Shown piece by piece: positions 34,753 through 34,947 of a stretch of 34,947 nucleotides of DNA (position 1 is its first letter; the number at the start of each line of letters is the position of its first letter). Source of the DNA: a virus. Its lineage: Duplodnaviria > Caudoviricetes. A program made the translations under genes and the position numbers. The notes beneath the pieces are model-generated. The model saw only the letters and a program-made list of their open reading frames with translations, had not been told where the DNA came from and did not search any database. Location of the stretch: positions 1 through 34,947 of the IMG/VR virus record IMGVR_UViG_3300006118_000005; one strand, given 5' to 3'.

Positions 34753-34947
34753 TAGTACACCTTTTTGCCGCCGCCAGAGGTAGGAGATAGCTTAGTGCTG
34801 TCTGAACCTTCAGAAAAATCAAATACGGTCCTGTAACCGCCTTTTGGCATTGTGCCGGGTGTCCATCTGTTTTGACCCATTTGGGTGTTGTCAGACGGCT
34901 TTTGAGGGCGAACTGCATGAGCGTACTTTTGCCCCCAGTTCAAATTG
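34752..34947 (-). CDS. 3' part of the 82-aa junction-spanning protein
   Basis: In frame with the ATG at 173 through the terminal repeat. Confidence 0.85.
   Translation of the reverse strand, partial: NLNWGQKYAHAVRPQKPSDNTQMGQNRWTPGTMPKGGYRTVFDFSEGSDSTKLSPTSGGGKKVY
34828..34947. repeat. Terminal direct repeat, copy 2
   Basis: Identical to 1-120. Confidence 0.97.

Noticed and set aside
34828-34947. 120-bp repeat as a biological direct terminal repeat
   Set aside because: It lies in the middle of a gene and operon, which fits assembler overlap of a circular or permuted genome better.
1-34947. CRISPR array, integrase/att site, transposase, reverse transcriptase or DGR, stop-codon recoding
   Set aside because: No regularly spaced repeats or such protein motifs seen. 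Genes are intact under the standard code and use all three stop codons.

Overview
Apparently complete, circularly assembled dsDNA phage genome: bases 1-120 repeat exactly at 34828-34947, giving a 34,827-bp unit. The architecture is podovirus-like. A long leftward operon starts at a sigma70 promoter near 22,150 and runs through a GT2 glycosyltransferase, terminase, portal, scaffold, major capsid, adaptor, nozzle, tail fibres and ejection proteins. It then crosses the junction into a lysis cassette (holin, M15 endolysin). The rightward arm starts after an AT-rich region and carries ArdC, several membrane microproteins, a ~330-nt structured non-coding region, nin-like small genes, YqaJ and RecT-like recombination genes, an SSB-like gene, tRNA-Arg(ACG), RusA, a GT-like gene and an FkbM methyltransferase. 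I recognise no integrase, repressor, DNA polymerase, primase, helicase or initiator. Main observations: (1) a dnaX-type -1 frameshift signal that would fuse the RecT-like annealase to a winged-helix domain; (2) a promoter-driven structured RNA where a replication module would be expected; (3) a second -1 frameshift signal in the lysis cassette; (4) a 12-aa Arg/Lys peptide in a hairpin cassette; (5) a TAATCAT motif in four promoters; (6) four glycan-modification genes alongside sequon-rich fibres. All family assignments come from motif recognition by eye, not from database searches.
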